Source: Actinomycetota bacterium (GTDB lineage Bacteria; Actinomycetota; AC-67). From it: DNA of 64,000 nt. Under the pieces are notes generated by a model. That model did not search any database. It was not told where the DNA came from and saw nothing but the letters and a program-made list of their open reading frames with translations. This document shows, piece after piece, positions 35,835 to 44,730 of this stretch; within the stretch, counting starts at the first letter, position 1, and the number at the start of each line of letters is the position of its first letter. Where the stretch lies: assembly GCA_046713235.1 (NCBI GenBank), contig JBKKBZ010000116.1, positions 2,742 to 66,741 of the forward strand. The letters run 5' to 3'. The position numbers and the translations under genes were made by a program.

Positions 35835-37513
35835 ACCCTCGATCCTCGCACGAAACGCGCGAGTACGGTGCGAACCAGGGGGCGCGACTCCTCCATGCGC
35901 AGCAGCACGGCAAGTCCGGCATAGACGGCGATCCCGGACGCCACACCCGCCGCAACCTCCAGCATCTGCCCGGAGAGCGCGGTCGTATCGACGGCATCGG
36001 CCACTGCGCGCGAAGCGGCCCAGGCCACCGCTCCGGTCGCGGCGGACGCACCGAGAATCTTGGCGTGGCTTACGGCCACCCGGCGCCCGTCGATGCCGCC
36101 CAGCTTGCGCCGGAGAATCGCACCACCGATCACCGCGGCCAGGAGGTACGACGCGGCGTGCCCCAGGGCGAGACCCGGGACGCCCAGCGCGGCAAACAGC
36201 GGGAAGTTGACCACGATGTTGAACGCGGTCGACCAGAAGTTGATCAGCCAGGGCGTCCTCGTATCCTGCCGGGCATAGAGCGCTCGCGTTTGCTGTTGAA
36301 ACACGGCGAAGCCACCGAGTCCGAGCGCCATGAACGCGAGCGTGTCGGCTAAGAGTTCCGTGGATCCCCGCGAGAACACCCCATGCTCGAGAAGGAGCCT
36401 GACGATGGGCGTGGCGAGGGCGACGAACCCGGCCGCGGCCGGCAGCACGACGAAGGAGGTCATGCGCGTGCCGGTGGAGAGGTCCCGGATGAAGCTCGTC
36501 CTGTCGCCCCGTACGTGATGCGCCGAGAGCGCCGGGATCAGGGCTGTGAAGACGCTAACCGCAAAGATGCCGTACGGCAGCTGATACAGCGCGTAGGCGC
36601 CTAGAAACGCCGTCACCCCGCCGTTCACTCGGTTCGCCAGGGCGAAAACCATCCAGAGCCCGACCTGATTGATCGCGACGAAGGCAAGCGAGTACTTGGC
36701 GAGATGCCCGACGCGGCGGACGGCGGGATGTCGCCACTCCCACGCACGGAAGCTGTACCGGCCGGGCAGTTGACGAATGTACGGCCACAAGATGAGCGTC
36801 ATCACGACGACCCCCAGCGTCGTCCCCCCTCCCAACAAGAGCTTGTCGGCCGTCGTCAGATCGGTGAGCTGGAGGATCCCTTCCGGGTTCTTGATCCGGA
36901 AGGCAACAAACGTGGCCGCGACGATCACGTTGTTCAAGACCGGAGCAAACATCGGCGGCGCGAAACGCCGGTGTGCCGTGAGGAGGCCCGTCAGCACGGC
37001 GCCTGCGGCGTAGAAGATCATTTGGGGCATCAACAGCCGCAGCAGAAACGCACCGATTTCGTTCTGCTGGGAGCGCAAAGGCTCGGGCGCGCGGAAGGTG
37101 TACATCCGGATAAGCCAGGGAGCGGCGAGCACCGTCACGACGACCAGTGCCGCGGCCGCCACCACCGCAAGATTGAGAATCGTTGAGGCCAGCCGCCAGG
37201 ACTCGTCACGGTCCCGCGTGGTGAGATACTCGACGAAGACCGGAACGAAAACGGTTGCGAGAATCTCTCCCAGGATCAGTTGGTACACGACGTTGGGTAG
37301 GTTGTTTGCCAGGTTGTACGTGTCGGGGACCTTCGATTCGACCCCTCCGATTGCCCAGGCCATCACCGAAAGCCGCACGAAGCCGGTCGCCCGGGACAGC
37401 GTGGTGCCGACGCTCATCACTGCGGTCGCCCTCGTTAGCGAGATTCCGGCGTGCAGGTCCGGGGCCTCCGGGGCGGCAGGCTCGGGCGCGGCCGGGCGAT
37501 CCGCTTCGCTCAC
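35831..37513 (-). CDS. murJ: lipid II flippase MurJ (MviN)
   Basis: ORF 35831..37513, 560 aa, 14 TM-type profile. Contains TLSRATGFVR...AFVPVFVEY...YALYQLPYGIF. Confidence 0.92.
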   Translation of the reverse strand: MSEADRPAAPEPAAPEAPDLHAGISLTRATAVMSVGTTLSRATGFVRLSVMAWAIGGVESKVPDTYNLANNLPNVVYQLILGEILATVFVPVFVEYLTTRDRDESWRLASTILNLAVVAAAALVVVTVLAAPWLIRMYTFRAPEPLRSQQNEIGAFLLRLLMPQMIFYAAGAVLTGLLTAHRRFAPPMFAPVLNNVIVAATFVAFRIKNPEGILQLTDLTTADKLLLGGGTTLGVVVMTLILWPYIRQLPGRYSFRAWEWRHPAVRRVGHLAKYSLAFVAINQVGLWMVFALANRVNGGVTAFLGAYALYQLPYGIFAVSVFTALIPALSAHHVRGDRTSFIRDLSTGTRMTSFVVLPAAAGFVALATPIVRLLLEHGVFSRGSTELLADTLAFMALGLGGFAVFQQQTRALYARQDTRTPWLINFWSTAFNIVVNFPLFAALGVPGLALGHAASYLLAAVIGGAILRRKLGGIDGRRVAVSHAKILGASAATGAVAWAASRAVADAVDTTALSGQMLEVAAGVASGIAVYAGLAVLLRMEESRPLVRTVLARFVRGSRV

Positions 37514-39504
37514 ACCGGGGCCCGGTTCCGCGAGCGGCTACGCAGCGCCCTGCGCATCCACGTGAGGAAGAGCGCAATCGCTCCGCCGAGGGTGATGATG
37601 AGCGTCACCGCACTAACGCGAGTCGAGCGCACGACCAGCTCGCTCTGCCCGACGGGGGCGCCGTCGAGGGTCTCCAATCGCACGACGACGGGGAAGGATC
37701 CGCTGACCCGTGTCTCTGCTTGGAACGTCATGGTGAAGACCCGCTGGGCCACCGTCACGTTGCGGCTCGCGCCTCTCGGGAAGCGCATTTTCGTCGAATC
37801 GAGCGTGACCCGCACGCGCACCGGTTGACCGGTGCCGTTGACGAGCGTGACCGGAATCTGAGCGATTCGCGATGTCAGGGTCACCCGGCGCTCCGGCACC
37901 CTGATCAAGTCCAGTGTGCGCTCGGCGCGCCCCCGTGCAGCACGTGCGAGGATCGAACCCCGAGAGGGATCGGCGATCCAGTCCGCGGACTGGGCCGCCA
38001 GGATGAGACGCTCCAGAAGCTCGACCGGCCTCTCGGGCTCGAGCACCCGTACGAGTGTGTCCACGGCCCGACGAGCCGCGCGAGCAGCAGACAGCGCCGG
38101 CCGGTCGGGGTCCGTGGAGCTGTCGAGAGCGAGTACCTTGTCGGTTGGGGGGAGCGCGGATGCGGCTTGGGTGGCGGTGAGAAGGCGGACCCATGGAGCG
38201 CCTGCCAGCGCGTCGAGAAGCGCGCCTGCTGCAGCCGAGTCGGGCGACGTCGGGGTGCCGACAACGAGCAATCGCTCGGAGGCAAGCGCCGGGAGCTCGA
38301 AGAACGAAGCGGCGGTCTCTGCCACCACGCCCTGCGCGGCCAGGACCGGATCGCGCCTGCTGCTCAATCGGTCGCGAATGGCGGGATCGACGACCAGGCC
38401 CGTCAGTCGAACCTGATTTCCGCCGGCTAGTGCTTGGGGGCGATCGAATCCGAAGTTCGTCAGGCTTTGGGGGAGGGACTCGGGCGCGATGGCCACCACC
38501 CGGGCACCAGTCGCGGCGATCGCGCCGGCCGAGCGCTTGTCGAGACGGAAATCCGGGGGCACGAACAGTCCCGGCGTGGCCGGGCGCCCGAGCAACCGCC
38601 GGATGCGCTCATCTTCGGAAGAGAGTTGCAGGCTCAGCTCGCTCTGCATCCGGTTCGACAGCAACCCGATGATGTCGGCGCGGGAATAGGTCGAAGAAGC
38701 CAGGTCGATTGCCGGCGACCCCACCGCGCGGCGGAGGGCGGCGAGCGCCCGACGCGCTCCCACCGCGGTCGGGTCGCCGGGATGCACGGCGCGCCTGCCG
38801 CCGGCCGGGTAGCCGTCCCCGGCGTCGTCGAGCTGGTCGAGCGTCAGTCCGGTCGGCGCGATCGTGACCGGAGCGCTGGGGCGGGAAGCAAGTGCCTCGA
38901 TCACCGCCCGGAGACCTGCTCCCGGCGCCAGGTGGCGCTCGATCGTTCCGGATGGGTAGACGCCGCGGGCATCGAATGCGGCCGGCAGATGAACCGGGTA
39001 GATCCACGCGACGTTCAGCCGGCTTGACGGCGGCGTGAAGAAGAACGGCACAGCCGTTGTCGCGTGGGCCAGGTCCCGGCCACCGGATATAAGGCGCACC
39101 GACACGGGATACACACCATCGCGGCCCTGGGCGCGAAACGTCCCGGCAAGGGTACCGAGATCCCGGGTCAGGGTTCGGACCCGGCGCTCCCCGGAGACGA
39201 GCGGTTCGACTTGGTCTGTCGTTACAACGAGAACATCACCCCCGGGGTTGCCGTCGAGGGCCGCACGAAGCTCCGATCGCGAGAAAACCCGGTTGTGCAC
39301 GGAGATTCTGATCGTGAGATCCTCGAGCGGGATGGATCCGGGGTTCGTGAGCGCGAACGTCACGCTCAGCAGGCGATCCTGACCGACGAAGGGGGAAACC
39401 CCCAGGAGCGTGAACCCGGGGTCCCGGTCTTGGGCAAGTCCGGATCCGGGAAGTGTCCCCAGGAGGAGTCCGAGCGCGAGGAGAGCGGCGCGTACGATCC
39501 GCAC
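37510..39504 (-). CDS. large secreted/anchored protein, Rv3909-like (DUF6049-type)
   Basis: ORF 37510..39504. Signal peptide MRIVRAALLALGLLLGTLPGSGLA and a C-terminal TM (VTLIITLGGAIALFLTW). It overlaps the murJ start by 4 nt and holds the conserved position upstream of murJ. Confidence 0.65.
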   Translation of the reverse strand: MRIVRAALLALGLLLGTLPGSGLAQDRDPGFTLLGVSPFVGQDRLLSVTFALTNPGSIPLEDLTIRISVHNRVFSRSELRAALDGNPGGDVLVVTTDQVEPLVSGERRVRTLTRDLGTLAGTFRAQGRDGVYPVSVRLISGGRDLAHATTAVPFFFTPPSSRLNVAWIYPVHLPAAFDARGVYPSGTIERHLAPGAGLRAVIEALASRPSAPVTIAPTGLTLDQLDDAGDGYPAGGRRAVHPGDPTAVGARRALAALRRAVGSPAIDLASSTYSRADIIGLLSNRMQSELSLQLSSEDERIRRLLGRPATPGLFVPPDFRLDKRSAGAIAATGARVVAIAPESLPQSLTNFGFDRPQALAGGNQVRLTGLVVDPAIRDRLSSRRDPVLAAQGVVAETAASFFELPALASERLLVVGTPTSPDSAAAGALLDALAGAPWVRLLTATQAASALPPTDKVLALDSSTDPDRPALSAARAARRAVDTLVRVLEPERPVELLERLILAAQSADWIADPSRGSILARAARGRAERTLDLIRVPERRVTLTSRIAQIPVTLVNGTGQPVRVRVTLDSTKMRFPRGASRNVTVAQRVFTMTFQAETRVSGSFPVVVRLETLDGAPVGQSELVVRSTRVSAVTLIITLGGAIALFLTWMRRALRSRSRNRAPV

Positions 39505-39545
39505 GGCAGCGCGATGCTAGCATCCCGGACGGAAGGGGGAAGCCA

Positions 39546-39911
39546 ATGGCCGCGGACGTGCTCGTCGGCGTTGCGATCGGCGTTGTGGCCGGGGTGCTGG
39601 CGGGGATGTTCGGTATCGGAGGAGGAATCCTCATCGTTCCCGCGCTCGTGCTCCTTGGGCTGACCCAGCATGAGGCGAGCGGGACCTCGCTCGCGGCTCT
39701 TGTGGTTCCCGTCGGGATTCTCGGCGTCTTCGAGTACGCCCGGCGTTCGCAGGTGCGATTCGTCTATGCCATCGGCCTGGCGATAGGGCTCACGCTGGGG
39801 GCCTGGCTGGGGGCTCGCTTTGCCGGCCGCTTGTCGAACACAGACCTTCAGCGCGCTTTCGGCGTCATCCTCGCAGCCGCCTCCGTGCGCTTTCTCTTCT
39901 TCGCGCGCTGA
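39546..39911 (+). CDS. half-size TauE/SafE (TSUP) family membrane transporter unit
   Basis: ATG 39546 of ORF 39453..39911 is preceded by GGAAGGGGGA. Contains GVLAGMFGIGGGILIVPALV...GTSLAALV. It has 4 TM segments in 121 aa. Confidence 0.7.
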   Translation: MAADVLVGVAIGVVAGVLAGMFGIGGGILIVPALVLLGLTQHEASGTSLAALVVPVGILGVFEYARRSQVRFVYAIGLAIGLTLGAWLGARFAGRLSNTDLQRAFGVILAAASVRFLFFAR

Positions 39912-39978
39912 CCTCCTGGGCGGCGCCCCACAGACCGGCGCCGTCTTCAAGGGTGTCGAGCCGGGGGTTCCCTGCGGG

Positions 39979-40191
39979 TTACTTCGAGCCGCCCTTTCGC
40001 CCGATCCGCTGGTAGAACTCGACCCCGTAGCGCCGCTTGGTGGACTCGCCGCCCTTCTTCCCACCGAGCCGCCCGATCTTCCCAAAGAACTCGTCGCCGT
40101 GGCGCTGCTTCGTGGCGAGTCCGCCCTTGCGTCCCGCTTCCGCTCTGGTCATCTTGCGCTTTTCTGCAGTGTCCTCCGCGAACACGGGCAT
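39979..40191 (-). CDS. KGG-repeat general stress protein (YciG/Con-10-like)
   Basis: ORF 39979..40191. Repeated motifs: GRKGGLATKQRHGDEFF, GRLGGKKGGESTKRRYG and GRKGGSK. Confidence 0.8.
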   Translation of the reverse strand: MPVFAEDTAEKRKMTRAEAGRKGGLATKQRHGDEFFGKIGRLGGKKGGESTKRRYGVEFYQRIGRKGGSK

Positions 40192-40358
40192 ACCTCCTCT
40201 ACCTCCGGTCCGGTTCGACCCATTCTTTCCCTACCCGAGGTCTTGGGCCCATAAACGCTCGGTCCGGTGGGCGTCCCTGAGGCCGGGGGTGCCCGGGGGT
40301 ATCAAGATCGATCTCAGCAGGGCCGATTGAAGGAGAGATACCTCACGAGCGGGAGCCC

Positions 40359-41438
40359 ATGGCCCAGATAGAGATCGACGACCTGCTGAGAATGACGGCC
40401 GAGCGCAAGGCCTCCGACCTCCACCTCCGGGCCGGAGGTCCCCCGTACGTGCGGGTGGACGGCGAGCTGTACCAGCTCGACGGCATTTCCTTGACGCCGG
40501 CCGACGCCGAGCGCCTTGCGTTCAGTCTCATGACGGAACAGCAGGCGCGGGAGTTCAACCGGACCAACGAGCTTGATTTCGCCTACACCGTCCCCGGGCT
40601 GGCCCGCTTCCGAGTCAACGTCTTCCGCCAGCGGGGCAGCCTCGGCGTGGCCGTGCGACGCGTGCTGCCCGGCGGGTCGTCGTTTGATGCTCTCGGCCTC
40701 CCTCAGGTCGTGCGGAAACTGGCCGACGAGCAGCGAGGGCTAGTGCTCGTCACCGGAATGACGGGCTCGGGAAAGACGACCACGACGGCGTCGATGATCC
40801 ACCACATCAACATGACCCGCCGTTGTCACATTGTGACGATCGAGGATCCGATCGAGGTTCTTCACGACGACCGGATGGCGATCGTCGATCAGCGGGAAGT
40901 AGGGATCGATACCGCCGACTTCTCGGTGGCGCTCCGTCACGTTGCCCGGCAAGACCCGGACGTGATCTTCATCGGCGAGATGCGCGATATCGAGACGGTA
41001 AAGGCGGCGCTGCAGGCGGCCGAGACCGGCCACCTTGTCGTCTCCACGCTGCACACCTTGAATGCGACCGAGACGGTCAACCGCATCATCGACTTCTATC
41101 CGCCGCACCAGCAGATGCAAGCGCGCCTCTCGCTTGCGGGAACCCTGAAGGGGACGGTCTCGCAGCGGTTGCTCCCCCGAACCGACGGCAAGGGCCGGAT
41201 CCCGGCCGTCGAAGTCTTGATCATGACCGGGCGCGTCTACGACATGATCATCAACCCCGAGAACACCCACCTGATCGAGGACGTCATTGCCGAGGGAGAT
41301 TTCTACGGGATGCAGACCTTCGATCAGCACCTGCTGGGGCTCTATCGTGAGGGCCTTGTGACGATCGAGAATGCGGTTGCCGCCGCGAGTTCTCCGCACG
41401 ACTTCACGCTGGCGGTTCGTCAGGCCGGTCTGGCCTAG
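40359..41438 (+). CDS. pilT: PilT-family type IV pilus retraction ATPase
   Basis: ORF 40359..41438. Contains ASDLHL, Walker A GMTGSGKTTT, Asp box IVTIEDPIE, Walker B VIFIGEMRD and His box LVVSTLHT. Confidence 0.9.
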   Translation: MAQIEIDDLLRMTAERKASDLHLRAGGPPYVRVDGELYQLDGISLTPADAERLAFSLMTEQQAREFNRTNELDFAYTVPGLARFRVNVFRQRGSLGVAVRRVLPGGSSFDALGLPQVVRKLADEQRGLVLVTGMTGSGKTTTTASMIHHINMTRRCHIVTIEDPIEVLHDDRMAIVDQREVGIDTADFSVALRHVARQDPDVIFIGEMRDIETVKAALQAAETGHLVVSTLHTLNATETVNRIIDFYPPHQQMQARLSLAGTLKGTVSQRLLPRTDGKGRIPAVEVLIMTGRVYDMIINPENTHLIEDVIAEGDFYGMQTFDQHLLGLYREGLVTIENAVAAASSPHDFTLAVRQAGLA

Positions 41439-41523
41439 TTCGCCACAACCTCGCGGCAGCGCGGCGCCGGCCCCACGTTCAATCGCCGAATCATCGGTCC
41501 GGCGAAGGTATCCTGAGCACGCC

Positions 41524-42948
41524 ATGTCCTTGCCACCTGAGGTGACCGCTCGAATCCGCGAGCTGATAAAGGTCCCTGCGGTCGCCGAGGACCTGGCGAA
41601 GCGCTTCGCAGCCGCCGGCCACGACTTGTATCTCGTCGGCGGGTCCGTGCGCGACGCGCTTCTGGAACGCCGTAACGAGCCGGATCTCGACTTTGCGACC
41701 GACGCACGCCCGGAGCGCGTGCTCGAGATCGTCAAGCGCTGGGCCGAGGGCACCTGGATCACCGGCATCAAGTTCGGGACGGTAGGAGCGAACAAGCAGG
41801 GAAGGCGATTGGAGATCACGACCTTCCGCGAGGAGCACTATCCGGAGGATTCCCGTCAGCCGCAGGTGCGTCACGTCGCAACGATCGAGGACGATCTGGC
41901 TCGCCGCGATTTTACGATCAATGCGATGGCCTACCGGCTTTCGGATCGTAGGTTCGTCGACCCGCACGGCGGTCTCGGTGACCTGGCGTCGAAACGGCTT
42001 CGAACGCCTCTGTCGCCGGAAGTGTCGTTCTCCGACGACCCACTCCGGATGCTGCGGGCGGCTCGATTCGCCGCCACGCTCGACCTCGCGCCCGACGAGG
42101 CGCTGACGGATGCGATGCGCGCCCAGCGCCACCGGCTGAGGATCGTCTCGGCCGAGCGAATTCGGGACGAGCTGGAGAAGCTTCTGGATGCCGCGCAACC
42201 CTCTACGGGCTTGGATCTGGCAACTGAGACGGGTCTGTGCGACCTGTTCTTGCCCGAGTTACCGGCGCTCCGGCTCGAGCAGGATCCGATTCACAGGCAC
42301 AAGGATGTTTACCGGCACACGCTCGCCGTGGTGGACAAGATCGCAGCCTCGGATCCCGGCCCGGAGCCGGATACCGAGCTCCGCCTCGCCGGACTCTTGC
42401 ACGACGTCGGCAAGCCGGCGACCCGTCGCTACGGACCCGAGGGCGTGTCGTTCCACCATCACGAGGTCGTCGGTGCGGAGATGGCCGAACGACGCATGCG
42501 CGCGCTTCGCTTCTCGACGGAGCAAATCCAGGACGTCACGCAACTGATCGCGATGCACCTGCGCTTTCACACGTTTCGACTCGGATGGAGTGATTCGGCA
42601 GTGCGGCGTTACGTCCGCGACTCCGGTCCTCTCCTCGACCGGTTGAACCGGCTCGTCCGCGCAGACTGCACGACGCGCAATCCCTTCAAGGCTCGCCAGC
42701 TTGGGCTCGCCATCGACGAGCTCGAGGAGCGTATCGCCAGGCTTGCCGCCGATGAGGATCTCAAGAGCATCCGGCCTCCGCTTAACGGTCACGATGTCAT
42801 GCAGCATCTGCGAGTGCCTCCGGGAGCAATTGTCGGCGAGGCGCTCGACTTCCTCCTCGAGGTCCGGCTGGACCGCGGCGAGTACGGCCGGGAAGAAGCC
42901 ATGCGCTTGCTCGACGAATGGTGGCACCAACGCAACGAGGGGCCGTGA
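41524..42948 (+). CDS. cca: CCA tRNA nucleotidyltransferase (class II, HD domain)
   Basis: ATG 41524 of ORF 41371..42948. Contains LYLVGGSVRDALL, DLDFAT, RRDFTINAM and HD-region HDVGKP. Confidence 0.9.
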   Translation: MSLPPEVTARIRELIKVPAVAEDLAKRFAAAGHDLYLVGGSVRDALLERRNEPDLDFATDARPERVLEIVKRWAEGTWITGIKFGTVGANKQGRRLEITTFREEHYPEDSRQPQVRHVATIEDDLARRDFTINAMAYRLSDRRFVDPHGGLGDLASKRLRTPLSPEVSFSDDPLRMLRAARFAATLDLAPDEALTDAMRAQRHRLRIVSAERIRDELEKLLDAAQPSTGLDLATETGLCDLFLPELPALRLEQDPIHRHKDVYRHTLAVVDKIAASDPGPEPDTELRLAGLLHDVGKPATRRYGPEGVSFHHHEVVGAEMAERRMRALRFSTEQIQDVTQLIAMHLRFHTFRLGWSDSAVRRYVRDSGPLLDRLNRLVRADCTTRNPFKARQLGLAIDELEERIARLAADEDLKSIRPPLNGHDVMQHLRVPPGAIVGEALDFLLEVRLDRGEYGREEAMRLLDEWWHQRNEGP

Positions 42949-42972
42949 CGGCCCCTCGTCCGCGCCGCGCGT

Positions 42973-43368
42973 CTATTTCTTGCTTGCGGTGAAGACCTCG
43001 CCGATCTCGTCGATGAGATCGAGAAGCTTCTGGCCGTCTTTCGGGTCGAGGGACTTCTTGCACTGACCCGCCTGCTTCGTCGCCGACCAGAACAGCTCGT
43101 GGAGGTTCGGAAACTTGTCGAGGTGCTCGGGCTTGAAATAGTCGGTCCAGAGCACCCACAGGTGGTGCTTGACCAGCTCCGAACGCTCCTCCTTGACCTG
43201 GATTGCGCGGGTTCGGAACTGCTCGTCGTCGTTCTGCTCGTACTTCTCCATGGTCGCCTTGACCGACTCCGCCTCGATTCGGGCTTGAGCCGGGTCGTAC
43301 ACTCCACAAGGCAGGTCACAGTGCGCATGGACGACGCGCGACGGAGCGAACCACTGCGAGAGTGTCAC
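42973..43368 (-). CDS. sodN: nickel superoxide dismutase precursor
   Basis: ORF 42973..43368. A leader MTLSQWFAPSRVVHA is followed by the Ni-hook HCDLPCGVYDP. Confidence 0.93.
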   Translation of the reverse strand: MTLSQWFAPSRVVHAHCDLPCGVYDPAQARIEAESVKATMEKYEQNDDEQFRTRAIQVKEERSELVKHHLWVLWTDYFKPEHLDKFPNLHELFWSATKQAGQCKKSLDPKDGQKLLDLIDEIGEVFTASKK

Positions 43369-43423
43369 CGAGGGCCTCCTTCAATGCCGGTGTCCGGACC
43401 ATCACGTATACCATCCGGGATCG

Positions 43424-43771
43424 ATGAAGGGCATTCGAGCTCTCGCTTTGCTCGCCGCCGCCGGGCTGGCGACGGCCTGGAAACGGGCCCGGCTCTTCCC
43501 CGTCCGGGTGCAAGGGCCGAGCATGGAACCCACGCTGCACGCCGGAGACCTCGCGGCAGTGTCTCCACGTATACCGGCATACGTCGGCTCGGTGGTCGTC
43601 GTGCGATCGGGCGGCAGGGAGATTATCAAGCGGGTGGGAGCCATCTCGCCGGGCGGGATCGAGCTGGCGGGCGACAACCGGAGGGCAAGCACCGATCTCG
43701 TCGTACCGACCGACGATGTCGCGGGGGTCGTCGTGGCACGCTACTGGCCGCGCCCCGCGATGCTGCTCTAG
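43424..43771 (+). CDS. sodX: S26-family peptidase, NiSOD maturation protease SodX
   Basis: ORF 43424..43771. Contains GPSMEPTL (catalytic Ser) and IIKRV (Lys). It is divergent from sodN with a 55-bp spacer. Confidence 0.85.
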   Translation: MKGIRALALLAAAGLATAWKRARLFPVRVQGPSMEPTLHAGDLAAVSPRIPAYVGSVVVVRSGGREIIKRVGAISPGGIELAGDNRRASTDLVVPTDDVAGVVVARYWPRPAMLL

Positions 43772-43784
43772 CCGGGCTGGCGGA

Positions 43785-44669
43785 TCACGCCTCGGCGACG
43801 CTCTCGGACTCCAGGAAGCGCGCCGCGATATCCCTTGCGGCGTCCAGCAGGCGCTGGGTCTGCGAGAGATCGTTGTAGCGGATGTTGCTCGAGTCTACGG
43901 CCGGAAGAACGACGATCTCCGCGACGTCGTTGTATCGCGTAAGGTCGAGATCGAGCCGCACTGCGCGCGAATGGGTGAACGCCTGAACGAGTACGTCAAG
44001 CGGCCGGCGGATCGGCTGCGGCTGGTTTTTCCGAAGCCCGCACGTCAGCAGGTAGATCTTCCGCGCCCCGAGATCGACTGCGCGTGAGATCGGGGCGTTG
44101 TTCACGACCCCGCCGTCAACGTACAGCTCGTCGTCCACTTGTATCGGTGGAAAGATTCCGGGAAGCGCCGTCGAGGCGAGGACCGCTCGCATGAGCGGGC
44201 CCTCGGTGAACCAATGCTCAGCGCCGGTGCGCAAGTTCGTGGCAGAGATGTGCAGCGGTACCACCGTCTCTTCGAACGTGCGGACGGGCAGACGCTCGAT
44301 CAGCCGCCGGAGGCCTTCGTTGGGATAGATGTGGTCGCCTCGAGCCACGATATGCCACGCGCGAGAGAACCTGCTGCCGGGGAAGATGTCCTCGGTGCGC
44401 ACGCCGACCCAGATCTCGGCGAGCTCGTCGGCGGAGGCCGCAGTCGGCGTGCAGGCGAGGAACGCGGCGTTGAGGGAGCCGACCGAAGTTCCTACGAGCA
44501 CGTCGGGGATGATCCCGGCGTTCGTGAGTGCCTGGAGCTGACCTGCCTGAATTGCCCCGAGCACGCCGCCGCCGGAGAGCACGAAGGCAGTGCGCGGGGG
44601 CAGGTGGGCAACCCCAGAGGCAGCGTAACCGCGCCGTCTGAGCTTCCGCACGTATCCACCTAGACCCAC
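43785..44669 (-). CDS. patatin-like phospholipase
   Basis: ORF 43785..44669. Contains GGGVLGAIQAG (oxyanion hole), GTSVGS (GxSxG) and DGGVVNN (catalytic Asp). Confidence 0.88.
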   Translation of the reverse strand: MGLGGYVRKLRRRGYAASGVAHLPPRTAFVLSGGGVLGAIQAGQLQALTNAGIIPDVLVGTSVGSLNAAFLACTPTAASADELAEIWVGVRTEDIFPGSRFSRAWHIVARGDHIYPNEGLRRLIERLPVRTFEETVVPLHISATNLRTGAEHWFTEGPLMRAVLASTALPGIFPPIQVDDELYVDGGVVNNAPISRAVDLGARKIYLLTCGLRKNQPQPIRRPLDVLVQAFTHSRAVRLDLDLTRYNDVAEIVVLPAVDSSNIRYNDLSQTQRLLDAARDIAARFLESESVAEA

Positions 44670-44730
44670 GGTCGCTCCTCGTTGAGGATCTCGGAGTTCA
44701 TCCCCCCCAGCAGGATAGCCACCGAATGGG

